DNA of 64,000 nucleotides from assembly GCA_024277025.1 (NCBI GenBank), contig JAJRWA010000067.1, positions 504 to 64,503 of the forward strand, written 5' to 3'. The stretch comes from Candidatus Krumholzibacteriota bacterium (GTDB lineage: Bacteria; Krumholzibacteriota; Krumholzibacteriia; LZORAL124-64-63). The position numbers and the translations under genes are program-made. Shown here one piece after another: positions 12,518 through 22,349 of this stretch; position 1 is the stretch's first letter; each line of letters starts with the position of its first letter. A model generated the notes under the pieces. It saw only the letters and a program-made list of their open reading frames with translations. It was not told where the DNA came from and searched no databases.

Positions 12518-13674
12518 AGACCCCGGTCTACCTCGACGGGCACGCGACGACTCCCATGGATCCCCGCGTACTGGCCGTCTGGGAACGCACGGCCCGCGAT
12601 CACTTCGGCAATCCGGCCAGCACGGGCCATGCGTTCGGTTGGGCCGCCAGCCGGGTGGTGGAACTGGCCCGGGAACACGTGGCCGGTTTGATCGGCGCCA
12701 CTCCCCGCGAAATCATCTTCACGTCCGGCGCCACCGAGGCCGACAACCTGGCGGTCCTGGGCCTGGCCGGCGCGTTTGAAGGGCGTGGCCGCCGGCAACT
12801 TGTCACCTCGAACCTGGAGCACCCGGCGGTGGCCGGACCACTGGCCTGGCTGGCCGGGCAGTCAGCCTGGGAGCTGACCACCGTCCCGGCGGGCCCCTCG
12901 GGTCTGGTGGCTCCGGATGACCTGGCTGCCGCCGTCACCGGCCAGACCCTGCTGGTCTCGCTGATTGCGGCCCAGAACGAAATCGGGACTTTGCAGCCGC
13001 TGGCCGCCGTCGGGGAAATCTGCCGTGCTGCCGGCGCCTTCTTTCACGTCGACGCGGCCCAGATGGGCAGCGGTCTGGACCTGGATGTGGAGCGGGACCG
13101 GCTCGATCTGGTGTCCCTGTCGGGGCACAAGATGTACGGGCCCAAGGGAATCGGCGCTCTCTACGTCAGGCGGCGGGGGCCGCGTGTGGGTTTGCGGCCG
13201 CTGATGTACGGAGGTGGACAGGAGCGGGACTTGCGGCCCGGCACCCTGAACGTGCCGGCCATTGCGGCTTTCGGTGAGGCCTGCCGGTTGCTGCAACTGG
13301 AAGGGGCGGCCGATCGCGTCAGGATCGGAGGACTGCGTGATCGCCTCTGGCAGAATCTGCAGGACAATCTGCCGGATATTCAGCTCAATGGTGACGCGAA
13401 GGCGAGGCTGGCGGGCAATCTGAATGTCAGTTTCGGTGGTGTGCCGCCCGGACGCCTGGTCGGGGCCTTGACGACGCTGGCGGTCAGCGCCGGGTCGGCC
13501 TGCGCCAGTGCCGAAGGCCGGGTGTCCGCCATACTGCTGGCGCTGGGCGTGGGACCGGAACTGGCCGCGGCGAGTCTTCGCTTCGGCCTCGGACGATTCA
13601 CGACCGAGGCCGAAGTCGACTTCGCGGCCACGCAGGTAGTCGCGGCCGTCAGGCGTTTGCGCGCAGGCTCCTAG
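12514..13674 (+). CDS. Cysteine desulfurase (NifS/IscS-like), TTG start overlapping the nadA stop (TTGA)
   Basis: [19 protein letters not shown] matches the IscS/NifS N-terminus MKLPIYLDYSATTPVDPRV. PLP-lysine region [18 protein letters not shown]. The ATG at 12379 would overlap nadA by 139 nt, so the TTG at 12514 is preferred. Confidence 0.85.
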   Translation: MKTPVYLDGHATTPMDPRVLAVWERTARDHFGNPASTGHAFGWAASRVVELAREHVAGLIGATPREIIFTSGATEADNLAVLGLAGAFEGRGRRQLVTSNLEHPAVAGPLAWLAGQSAWELTTVPAGPSGLVAPDDLAAAVTGQTLLVSLIAAQNEIGTLQPLAAVGEICRAAGAFFHVDAAQMGSGLDLDVERDRLDLVSLSGHKMYGPKGIGALYVRRRGPRVGLRPLMYGGGQERDLRPGTLNVPAIAAFGEACRLLQLEGAADRVRIGGLRDRLWQNLQDNLPDIQLNGDAKARLAGNLNVSFGGVPPGRLVGALTTLAVSAGSACASAEGRVSAILLALGVGPELAAASLRFGLGRFTTEAEVDFAATQVVAAVRRLRAGS

Positions 13675-14831
13675 TCGCCATCGTAGTCGGCGGCTTGCCG
13701 CGCCGAGAGGGAGATGCGCCGCCGGGACAGGTCCACATCCAGCACCCGCACCGAGATTTCCTCACCCTCGTTGACCACTTCCCGCGGGTGGATGATCCGC
13801 CGGTTGGCCAGTTCTGAAATGTGAATGAGGCCTTCGACACCCGGACGCAACTCGACAAACACACCGAAATCAACCAGACGTGTGACCTTGCCCGTCGTGT
13901 CGGTGCCGGGGATCATGGCCGAGGCTGTTTCCGGCCAGGGATCGATGGCCAGGGCCTTGATCGAAAGACTGATGCGCTCGGATCGGCCTTGCCCCAGATT
14001 CTGAATCTCCAGCACCTTGACCTTGACTGTCTGGCCCTCCTGCAGCACATCCGACGGGTCGCCCACGCGCTGGTGGGAAATCTGGGAAATATGGACCAGA
14101 CCTTCGATCCCACCGATATCGACAAAGGCGCCAAAGGGGACCAGGCGCGTGACCACGCCGGTCAGGGCATCCCCCAGGCTGAGATTGGCCCGGGTCTCGC
14201 GGGCCTCGTCCTCACGCCGGGCCTGCAGCAGGGCGCGCCGGGAGACGACCACGTTGCGGCCGTCCTCGGAGACTTCCAGGATCTTGAACTTGAGGGACTG
14301 TCCGACAAAGACCGAGGGGTCGTCGGCACGCCGCACGTCGATCTGGCTGAAGGGGCAGAAGGCGCGGGTGCCACCCAGGTCGATGGAAAAACCGCCCTTG
14401 TTCGTGTCGCCAACCTTGCCTGCGACCGGTGTGCCGGATTCGAATGCCTTGCGCAGGGCGTCACGGCCGGCGTCGCGCAGCTTCAGGCCCATGGTCAGTT
14501 TCAACCCGTCGGTGCCCTTGGCGATGTGAGCGGTGATCTGATCGCCGACCTGGTGCGTCAACTTGCCCTCGGCGTCGCTGATCTCGGCCACGGCCAGGGG
14601 CAGTTCATTGCGCAGCCCGCAAGCCACGAACGCGTCGTGCTCGCCGATCTGGATGATCGTGCCGGTGACCTTGTCACCGACCTTGCCGTCGGCCGGCGCG
14701 GCGACCGCCTCGGCTTCGAGCATGGCGGCGAATTCGCTGGAATCCTCCGACTCGTTCAGGGGCTGAACTTCGGGCGCCGCCGGGATCTCGGCGGGCTCGG
14801 GCGGCGGGTTTTCATTCTGGTCGAAGGTCAT
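13671..14831 (-). CDS. rpsA: 30S ribosomal protein S1-like (four S1 domains)
   Basis: Four tandem S1/OB domains (GxV.G.V…G.FV…G…GL.HISE). Acidic N-terminus. Confidence 0.8.
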   Translation of the reverse strand: MTFDQNENPPPEPAEIPAAPEVQPLNESEDSSEFAAMLEAEAVAAPADGKVGDKVTGTIIQIGEHDAFVACGLRNELPLAVAEISDAEGKLTHQVGDQITAHIAKGTDGLKLTMGLKLRDAGRDALRKAFESGTPVAGKVGDTNKGGFSIDLGGTRAFCPFSQIDVRRADDPSVFVGQSLKFKILEVSEDGRNVVVSRRALLQARREDEARETRANLSLGDALTGVVTRLVPFGAFVDIGGIEGLVHISQISHQRVGDPSDVLQEGQTVKVKVLEIQNLGQGRSERISLSIKALAIDPWPETASAMIPGTDTTGKVTRLVDFGVFVELRPGVEGLIHISELANRRIIHPREVVNEGEEISVRVLDVDLSRRRISLSARQAADYDGD

Positions 14832-14998
14832 TTCCGGTTCCTGTTCTCAGAGGGCCTGGGACAAGACCGCGACGACCGGACGGTACAGTTCAACAGAACC
14901 GCTGGCCGAACAGACGGTCAGGATAGGGAAAATATACCACAAGTCCGGGATGATTCCCACCGTTGGAATGTCCAGGCGGTCGCGGATAACCAGGTTGA

Positions 14999-16732
14999 TC
15001 AGACCCGCTTAAGGACCACGAGGGTCAGGTCGTCGGTCGGGGAGGCGGCTGTGCGGGCGCCCGTAACGGAAGCGGAGTGCGGCGCGGTGTGCTGGGCGAC
15101 GCCGGCCAGGATCCGTTCGCAGACCACGGCCGGGGCCGGTGGGGGCAGGGGATTCGCGATCCGCTGCAGGCCGTCGGCCCCGAGTTCCCGGCCCTCCGGA
15201 TCGGTGGCCTCGGTGATGCCGTCGGTGTACATGATCAGCAGATCGTCCGGATCCAGGGTGACGGTGCCCACGGTGTAGGTCGATTCCGGCCACATGCCCA
15301 GGGGCGGCCCGGTGGGCGCGAGCCATTCATGCGGCCCGTCAGCGCGCTGGAGAAGGGGCGGGTTGTGGCCGGCGCCGGCATACCGCAAGCGGCCGGCCGC
15401 CGGGTCCAGTACCGCCAGGAAGAGCGTGGCGAAGCGCTCGGCGTCGGTGCTGCCGAACAAGGCCCGGTTGGCCGCGACCAGCAGCTCGCCCGGGTCATCA
15501 TGGATCAGGGCCAAAGCACGCAGGCTGGACTGGAGTGTGCTGGCCAGCAGCGCGGCGGCGATTCCCTTGCCTGCGACATCCGCGATCAACAGGCCGAAAG
15601 CGCCGTTGCCCATGGTGATGAAGTCGTAGGTGTCCCCGCTGACGGCCTTGCTGGGCTCATTGACCGCCGCGACGGCGAATCCCGGGATCTGCGGCACGTC
15701 AGCGGGCAGCAGGTGCCGCTGAATCTGCCGGGCGGCCAGGAGTTGGGCCTCCAGTTCCTCCTTGATCAGCGCGTCGTCCAAGCCTTCCAGCCCGGCCTGG
15801 GCCACTGCTTGCCGTGAAGCCTGCAGGGCCTCGGCAAAGAGGTTGTCAGCCAAGCCGAGGCCGATCAGGTCCGACATCGCCTGCACTTCGCGATCCACGT
15901 GGGCGGCCAGTTCGGTCAGGGCCGGCGGGTCGAGGCCAAGATCGCTGGCCAGGTCGGCCAGCGGTCGCACGGGATCACCGTCACCGCAAACGCCATAGCC
16001 GATGGCCCGGGCCAGACCGATGGCGCTGCGCAGGACAGCGATCAACCGGGCGGTTGCCGGGGCGAGTTCGTCCGCGGCAAAGTCCTCGGCATAGAACTCG
16101 ACGGCGTCGCAGAACAGGCGCGGCAGGTTCCACTCCCGCAGAATGCGGGCGGCGAGTTCGCCGTGGTGGAAGTCCAGGAGCGCGAGTTCGGCCTGGGCCA
16201 GGGGCAGTCTTTTGCGCCGGGCCAACTCCAGCACGGAGGCGTACTCGGCACCGGTGCGTTGGGTCAGCGCCGTGATACCCAGGCCGTGCAGGATACCGAC
16301 CAGCCAGGCGTCATCCGGCGCGGGGCCGTCCGCGGACGTGTCTCCCCGGCGGCGGGCCAGACCTTCGGCGCAGCAGGCCACAGCCAGGCCGTGCTGCCAG
16401 TGACCGGTCAGGTCCAGGGGCAGGTCGGTCCTCGCGCGGGGAACCATGTCGTGCATGCCCATCAACAGGGCCACGTTGCGCACGCGACGGATACCCAGCC
16501 GCACCAGGGCGCCGCGCAGGTCGCGGACCTCCTGTCCCCGTGCGACGGCTGCGCTGTTGGCCAGTGCCAGAAAGCGCAGGCTGAGCACGTTGTCGCTGAG
16601 GATGAGTTTGGTGAGCGCAGCCAGATCGCAGTCGGGATCGGAGGTGAGGCTGACCACCTGGGCCGCCAGGGACGGCAGGCTGCCGACCTCGTCGACGAGG
16701 TCGGTGACGAAGTATCTTGTCCGCGTTTCCAT
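14999..16732 (-). CDS. Signal transduction protein: N-terminal HDOD domain fused to a PP2C/SpoIIE-type Ser/Thr phosphatase
   Basis: HDOD hallmarks in the N-terminal 280 aa. PP2C motifs GDTYDF…LLIADVAGKGIAAALLAS…YAGAGHNPPLL…LIMYTDGITEA. Confidence 0.75.
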   Translation of the reverse strand: METRTRYFVTDLVDEVGSLPSLAAQVVSLTSDPDCDLAALTKLILSDNVLSLRFLALANSAAVARGQEVRDLRGALVRLGIRRVRNVALLMGMHDMVPRARTDLPLDLTGHWQHGLAVACCAEGLARRRGDTSADGPAPDDAWLVGILHGLGITALTQRTGAEYASVLELARRKRLPLAQAELALLDFHHGELAARILREWNLPRLFCDAVEFYAEDFAADELAPATARLIAVLRSAIGLARAIGYGVCGDGDPVRPLADLASDLGLDPPALTELAAHVDREVQAMSDLIGLGLADNLFAEALQASRQAVAQAGLEGLDDALIKEELEAQLLAARQIQRHLLPADVPQIPGFAVAAVNEPSKAVSGDTYDFITMGNGAFGLLIADVAGKGIAAALLASTLQSSLRALALIHDDPGELLVAANRALFGSTDAERFATLFLAVLDPAAGRLRYAGAGHNPPLLQRADGPHEWLAPTGPPLGMWPESTYTVGTVTLDPDDLLIMYTDGITEATDPEGRELGADGLQRIANPLPPPAPAVVCERILAGVAQHTAPHSASVTGARTAASPTDDLTLVVLKRV

Positions 16733-16782
16733 GCCCAGAAAATCGGCACGAACGGTCGGGGATTGAGGGTTTCCTCGGCCCG

Positions 16783-18606
16783 CTACTTGATCAGGGAGAT
16801 CTTGGCGCTGGCCCGCACGGTCCCGTCGACTTCGATCGCGTACAGGTAGGCGCCGGCTCCGGCGGGCGTCCCGCCCAGGTCCACCCCGGGCCAGGCGACA
16901 GTGTTGCTGCCCGCCTGGGCGGAAAACCGACCGCTGCGCCAGACCAGATGCCCGCGCAGGTCGTGGATCCGCACCTCGCAGTCGGCCGGCCGGTCCAGGC
17001 TGAAGCCGATGTTCGTGCGGGGATTGAACGGGTTGGGCCAGGCCCGGTGGGTCAGGGGTCGTGGCGGTACCGTGATGCCGCCGGCCGCCACGTTGTCCGC
17101 GATCTCAATGATCTCGTCGACGTTGATATGCCCCATGGCTCCGGTTTCCTGATCAACGATCGTGATGTAGCACAGGCGCCCCTGGTAGGGGGTCAGATCC
17201 CATTCCCGGGGGGTCATCGGGCTGCTGCCGCTGCCGGTCTCGCTGAAGAGGATCTCGCCCGTGTCATCGGCCACCAGGGCGACATAACAAGTGGCCGGAT
17301 AGTTGCCGCCGCCGACCAGCAAAGTCATGCGATTGCCCGTGACTGGAAAGCGATAGGACTCGCAAACGCCCGTCGTCGCGTCACCGAGCTGGGTGCCCGG
17401 CGAGCCGCGGCCGGACAGCGGACCCTGATAGTATTCCTGGGACCCATAGTAGCTGTTGCCGACGACCCCGACCGAAGGCTCGCCCCGCCAGACGGGATTG
17501 TCGCCAAAAGTGGGTGTGCCCAGATTGGCCGAACCCGAATGCACGATCCAGTCGGCGTCCAGGGGATGCGGCCGGTACACGGTCGGGTTGCTGCCGTCCG
17601 AATCCGTCAGCAGGGTATCGATCCGCACGACATAGTGCAGGTTGCCGGATCCATCGGCCATCTGGTAGGGGGCCAGGCGCGAGAAGACATACTGGCCGGG
17701 ATCGAACTCATCCAGCTCGGGGGCGTAGCCGTAGTCCAGCAGCACGCGATCAGCCATGCTCCAGTCGCCCGGATCGGCCGCCGAAAGGATCGTCGTGCCC
17801 GGCGTGTCGAACTCGCCGAAAAGCAGGTGGTGCGTCGATCCGATCACCCGGTACTGGCTGCTCTCCAGGACCCTGGCCGGGGTGTCTCCGTCGTTGCTGA
17901 ACAGGGGGCCCACATCGGTCCAGGAAACGAGATTGTCGGAGGTGCCGTGATAGATCACGCCCATGGTGCTGCCCGTATCCTGCTTGGCGGTCACCAGGAT
18001 GTTCCAGAGGCCATCCTGCCGATAGACGTAGGGGTCCCGGAAATCGCTCCAGGTTGAATTCTTGTCCCAGACGTAGGTGCTTGAGTCGGCCTCGACCGCC
18101 GGATTGACCGTGGCCTTGGTCCAGTACTGCAAGTTGAAGGAGTAGGCCAGACAGATGGTCTGGTTCATGCTGGCGTCACAGCCGGTGTAGGCCATGACCC
18201 AGCGGTTGTTGGCTTCGTCGCGAAACACGTCGGGTGCCCAGATCGCCCCCTCGTCCCACGGGCCCTGGCCTACCGTGATGACCGGCTGCGGGTCGCTCCA
18301 GTGCCTGAGGTCGGGCCCGTAGGAGTGCCAGATGGTGTCGGCGTAGGCGGCGTTGGGCGTGGCCTCGTTGATCGTGTGATAATAAATGTGGTAGATCGAA
18401 TCGGGTCGGATGATACTGAAGTCCCAGACCTGCCGTCCGGGGTGACGAAAGTACTTCTGCTCGAAGTCAAAACGGACCAGAGCCTGGGCCATCGGCGCCA
18501 CCGCCAGCAGGGCCACTACGGCGGCCAGCAGAATCAGCAGGCCCCTGTGGCCGTTTCCCGGAGGAGCCGTCCGGACAGCGCGCTGGGTGGGGGAGTGGTC
18601 GAGCAA
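16783..18606 (-). CDS. Secreted 5-bladed beta-propeller glycoside hydrolase (GH43/GH32-like) with a C-terminal T9SS/FlgD-Ig-type sorting domain
   Basis: WAPD and RDP motifs (IWAPDVF, FRDPYVY). Signal peptide. C-terminal about 80 aa ending …GAYLYAIEVDGTVRASAKISLIK, typical of a Por-secretion tail. Confidence 0.7.
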   Translation of the reverse strand: MLDHSPTQRAVRTAPPGNGHRGLLILLAAVVALLAVAPMAQALVRFDFEQKYFRHPGRQVWDFSIIRPDSIYHIYYHTINEATPNAAYADTIWHSYGPDLRHWSDPQPVITVGQGPWDEGAIWAPDVFRDEANNRWVMAYTGCDASMNQTICLAYSFNLQYWTKATVNPAVEADSSTYVWDKNSTWSDFRDPYVYRQDGLWNILVTAKQDTGSTMGVIYHGTSDNLVSWTDVGPLFSNDGDTPARVLESSQYRVIGSTHHLLFGEFDTPGTTILSAADPGDWSMADRVLLDYGYAPELDEFDPGQYVFSRLAPYQMADGSGNLHYVVRIDTLLTDSDGSNPTVYRPHPLDADWIVHSGSANLGTPTFGDNPVWRGEPSVGVVGNSYYGSQEYYQGPLSGRGSPGTQLGDATTGVCESYRFPVTGNRMTLLVGGGNYPATCYVALVADDTGEILFSETGSGSSPMTPREWDLTPYQGRLCYITIVDQETGAMGHINVDEIIEIADNVAAGGITVPPRPLTHRAWPNPFNPRTNIGFSLDRPADCEVRIHDLRGHLVWRSGRFSAQAGSNTVAWPGVDLGGTPAGAGAYLYAIEVDGTVRASAKISLIK

Positions 18607-18751
18607 GATGAGTCTCCGGCCGGAAGCGGGGTTCCGAAAAGTTGGGGCGGTGCTCCATTTGGCGCAGCGGATGGGGACTGATTTGTATTCTGGTGGTATA
18701 TTTTACCACATAGGTATCACCCCGTCAATATTCGGGAGATTGAGCGCGGCC

Positions 18752-19846
18752 GTGAGCAACCGATTTGAAAGCAGGACGCGGCGGGGGACAACCTTGCTGC
18801 TGCTGGCCTGGGCCGGCGTCTGGAGCAGTGGCGCGCTTGTTGTCCCGGCTCGGGCCCAGTCGCGGCAGGCTGATAGTGACGCGGCGTTGCGGGGGCTGGC
18901 TGTCGTGGACAGCCTGCTGGCGGTCCCCGCCCCGGAACCGGCCTTGGCTGCGGCCCGGGATCTCTGGCGGGTCTGGGCGGAACATCCGATCTATGGCTGG
19001 CAGATCGAAGGTCGGCTGGGCCTGGCCCTGCTGGTGGCCGGCCAGCCGGCGGCGGCCGTGCCGCACCTGGAAAACACGGTGCGCCGCCACCCTCGTGAGG
19101 CTGCCCACCACCGCAATCTGGGGGCTGCCCTGCTGCAACTGAATCGACGGGGGCGCGCTCTCAGCGAGTACCAGGCGGCGGTGGAACTCGAGCCCGGCCG
19201 CGCGGATCTGCGACGGGAATACGGTCAGCTTCTCTTGTCGTTCGGGGACACGAAACGGGCCGCCAGGGAAATTCTCACCGGGCGTCAGCTGTGCGGGAAC
19301 TGCCCGGAGATGGACGAGCCACTGGCCTCGCTCTATCTCATGGAGGAGGACTTCCCGCGGGCGGTGCCGCCCCTGCGCCGGATTTATGAGCGCAAGCCGG
19401 ATCCGGCGCATCGCCAGGCCCTGGTCGCGGCGGTCGCCCAGGCGGGAGACGACTCGGTCCTCGTGGCAACACTGGAGGGCCTGCCAGGGGCCGATTTCAC
19501 CACGGCGGAATGGCGCTTGTTGATCGAGGCCGAGGGACGCCTCGGCAGATGGGACCACTCTCTGCAGGCGGCGTCCCTGCTGACCGGCGGCCCTGAAGCG
19601 GTACCTGCTGCCATTGCCGCCGAGGCCCCCTTCTGGGGGCAGGCGGCCCTGATCCTGCTGGCGGCCCGGATGTATGCCGCCGGCCTGGCGGCCGCCGACC
19701 GGGCGATCGCCCTGGCACCTGCCGAAGTCGTGTATCGCAACAACCGGGTCGTACTGCTGACCCGCCTGGGCCGGGATACGGAAGCCCGGCAGGAATGGAA
19801 ACGTGTGCTGGCCCTGGATCCGTCCTTGGCCCAGGATGAACCTTGA
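18752..19846 (+). CDS. Secreted tetratricopeptide-repeat protein
   Basis: Signal peptide TTLLLLAWAGVWSSGALVVPARA. Multiple TPR units. GTG start at 18752 chosen to give a canonical n-region; the maximal ORF starts at 18587. Confidence 0.55.
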   Translation: MSNRFESRTRRGTTLLLLAWAGVWSSGALVVPARAQSRQADSDAALRGLAVVDSLLAVPAPEPALAAARDLWRVWAEHPIYGWQIEGRLGLALLVAGQPAAAVPHLENTVRRHPREAAHHRNLGAALLQLNRRGRALSEYQAAVELEPGRADLRREYGQLLLSFGDTKRAAREILTGRQLCGNCPEMDEPLASLYLMEEDFPRAVPPLRRIYERKPDPAHRQALVAAVAQAGDDSVLVATLEGLPGADFTTAEWRLLIEAEGRLGRWDHSLQAASLLTGGPEAVPAAIAAEAPFWGQAALILLAARMYAAGLAAADRAIALAPAEVVYRNNRVVLLTRLGRDTEARQEWKRVLALDPSLAQDEP

Positions 19847-19860
19847 GCCAAGGAGACGGC

Positions 19861-20781
19861 ATGATCTTTCGGGCGAGCGAGTTTTTCCGCAGGGTGAAGC
19901 AGGGCCGGCTGGGCCTGGCGGCCGGTGTGTTGGTTGTGGCGGCGGGCTGCGCTTCCGGCCCCGGGCGGCCACCGGAGAAATCCCCGGCCTCGCCGGCCGG
20001 TGGTGGGATGCGGGAACAGGTTGTGCCGGAGGGAGTCTTCCGCGAACACATCCTGGCCCGCTGCGTGCGGGAAGATCCGGTGCCGAGCGTGGTCGAACGC
20101 TATCTGGGAATCAGCTCGGAATACTTCCGGGAGGGCTCGGGCTCTGACGGGATGATCGAACTGGAGCTCGGGCTGGCAGCCGGGCACCGCCATCCGCTGT
20201 TGTTGATGACCCTGGGCCAGCTCTATCTGTTGGCCGGGCAGGGCAACCCGGACCTGCTGCCGGTCGAAGGGCCGGCGGCCGACGTGGGAAGCTACGAGCA
20301 GAACAAGCCCCGCCTGCTGGGACGGGCGCGCCAACTGCTGGCCGAGGCGGTCCGGAAGCGTCCCGACGATGCGGCCCTGGACTACCTGCTGGCCGATGTG
20401 GCCCGCACTCTGGGCGAGACGGCGCGGGCGGATTCGCTCGTCGCCCGTGGACACGGCAAGTGCACCGGCGGCCGCAGTTTCCGCATCCTGCAACTCTACC
20501 AGGAATTGTACCGGCACCCACCGCGGTATCTGGGTGGGCCGGCGCCGGAATTTCCCCAGGTTGCGGTCGACAAGGGGATTGGCGGCGATGTGGTCCTGGA
20601 CCTGTTGTTGAGCCCGGCGGGGGAGGTCCGGCAGTACGAGGTGGTCGAAAGCCCGTCTGCAGCCCTGTCCAAAGCGGCCTGGCAGAGCCTGCGCGCAGGG
20701 CGGTTTGAGGCGGCCAGCGTGGGTAAATACGCCGTTTGGTCATGGTTGCGCGTGACCACCTCCTTCAATCTCCGTTCCTGA
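19861..20781 (+). CDS. Lipoprotein with a C-terminal TonB/TolA-like domain
   Basis: AAGGAGA RBS. Lipobox VVAAGC. C-terminal FPQVAVDKGIGGDVVLDLLLSPAGEVRQYEVVESP…AAWQSLRAGRFEAA is a TonB_C fold signature. Confidence 0.6.
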   Translation: MIFRASEFFRRVKQGRLGLAAGVLVVAAGCASGPGRPPEKSPASPAGGGMREQVVPEGVFREHILARCVREDPVPSVVERYLGISSEYFREGSGSDGMIELELGLAAGHRHPLLLMTLGQLYLLAGQGNPDLLPVEGPAADVGSYEQNKPRLLGRARQLLAEAVRKRPDDAALDYLLADVARTLGETARADSLVARGHGKCTGGRSFRILQLYQELYRHPPRYLGGPAPEFPQVAVDKGIGGDVVLDLLLSPAGEVRQYEVVESPSAALSKAAWQSLRAGRFEAASVGKYAVWSWLRVTTSFNLRS

Positions 20782-20925
20782 TTTGGAACTGTCGGTTGAT
20801 TTGCCGGGGCTGATTGCCTTATTTTTCAATGTCACGGTATGCCGCCAACCGGGGCCCGGCAACACTGCCGGGATCCGGTCTGCGGGCATCCCTTCCCAAA
20901 CCCCGCGCTGGAGGTTCATCCGAAC

Positions 20926-22347
20926 ATGAAGTGGATGCGCAACCGCTTTCTGCTGCTGCCCTATGTCGTGCTGCTGACGGTCCTGACCGTCGTTGGCTGC
21001 ACCAGCAAGCAGGACCCTTCCGAAGAGCTGATTGTCTGTGGAAATCATTCCTGCGGCGAATTGGTCATGGTGACGACCGACACTTCCAGTGACGGATACC
21101 ACTATTTGAATCCCCGGCTCTCACCGGACGAGTCCAAGATCGTGTTCTCGGCGGACTGGAAAGCGATTTCGGATCCACGCGACCCAGGTACGGCGGCGTA
21201 TGTGGAGAATCGGCAGCTGATACTTTATCCAAACGTGGTGATTCCCGATCCCCAGCCCCGGGCCCAACTGGCCCCCGGGCCGGGCGAGACGATTGGTGGC
21301 GAACTGGTCGTGCTCCGGCAGCGGACGCTCACTTTCGGGGGGAGCTCTCCGTTCCTCAGTGGCCTGCCCAATGATGACAAGGCCTATCCCAGCTGGCAGG
21401 ACAACACGAACGTGATTTTTGCCGTGCGTCCGACCAACCTCGGTGGGCGCTATCGGATCTGCCGGACCGACGTGACGGACCCGGTGCTTGCGCCGGTCGA
21501 GTTCCTGTTCATGGAACCGCTCGATGCCTTCGCCTCGCCGCCGTTTGCGCAGCATCTCGAGCCTGTGCTCTCGCCCGTGCGGACAGCTACCGGCGAGCCC
21601 ACGTGGCTGGTCTTCACGCGTTCCAGCTGTTTGGACCCCGGGGACCCCGAGACGTGTGGTGGGCTGGCCCTGTGGGTGCTCGATATGTCGACCGCCGCGA
21701 TCGATGACGGCTATGGCGCCCTGGCTTTTCCGGTGACTCGCGAGTATTCACGGGTCGAGACGCCGAACTGGTCGCCCGACGGCAGGAAGATTATTTTCTC
21801 CGGTGGCCTGGATGTCGGTGGTGCCGGCAGTGGTGCGGGCACGGAACTGTTCACGATCGACTTTGATACCACCGGCCTGGCAGCCGGCACCATGGCTCTG
21901 GACAACAACCTGCAACGGCTGACCTTCACTTCGCGCGCGGAGGGTGATCCGATCGCCGGTATCCTCAACACCGCACCGGTGTATGCCAACGATGGGGCCT
22001 CGGTTTTCTTCGTGTCGACGCGCCGGGCGCCGGCCATCACCTTGCACGACCGTAATATCTGGCGGGTGCCGGCTGACGGCAGCCTGGATCCGGAGATCTA
22101 CTACTTCACGCGTTCGGATGATGTGACGCCCGCCGTTTTGCCGGATGGCCGGATCATTCTGAGCAGTGCGCTTGGCTTTCCGACCGAAATGCTGAACCGG
22201 CTGGAGGAAGAGGCGTTCCAGCGCCTGGCCAACGCCGATACGCTGGGGCTGGACGAGGTCCAGTTGCGGGCCCTGGCGGCCGATGAGCGTCGCCAACTCG
22301 AGTTCTTCGAGGGAGTCATGTCGCACATCTACATCTATCGCCCCTAG
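20926..22347 (+). CDS. TolB-like lipoprotein with WD40-like (PD40) beta-propeller repeats
   Basis: Signal peptide plus lipobox (LTVVGC). Repeated SPD(E/G)xKI(V/I)FS motifs. Confidence 0.65.
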   Translation: MKWMRNRFLLLPYVVLLTVLTVVGCTSKQDPSEELIVCGNHSCGELVMVTTDTSSDGYHYLNPRLSPDESKIVFSADWKAISDPRDPGTAAYVENRQLILYPNVVIPDPQPRAQLAPGPGETIGGELVVLRQRTLTFGGSSPFLSGLPNDDKAYPSWQDNTNVIFAVRPTNLGGRYRICRTDVTDPVLAPVEFLFMEPLDAFASPPFAQHLEPVLSPVRTATGEPTWLVFTRSSCLDPGDPETCGGLALWVLDMSTAAIDDGYGALAFPVTREYSRVETPNWSPDGRKIIFSGGLDVGGAGSGAGTELFTIDFDTTGLAAGTMALDNNLQRLTFTSRAEGDPIAGILNTAPVYANDGASVFFVSTRRAPAITLHDRNIWRVPADGSLDPEIYYFTRSDDVTPAVLPDGRIILSSALGFPTEMLNRLEEEAFQRLANADTLGLDEVQLRALAADERRQLEFFEGVMSHIYIYRP

Positions 22348-22349
22348 GT

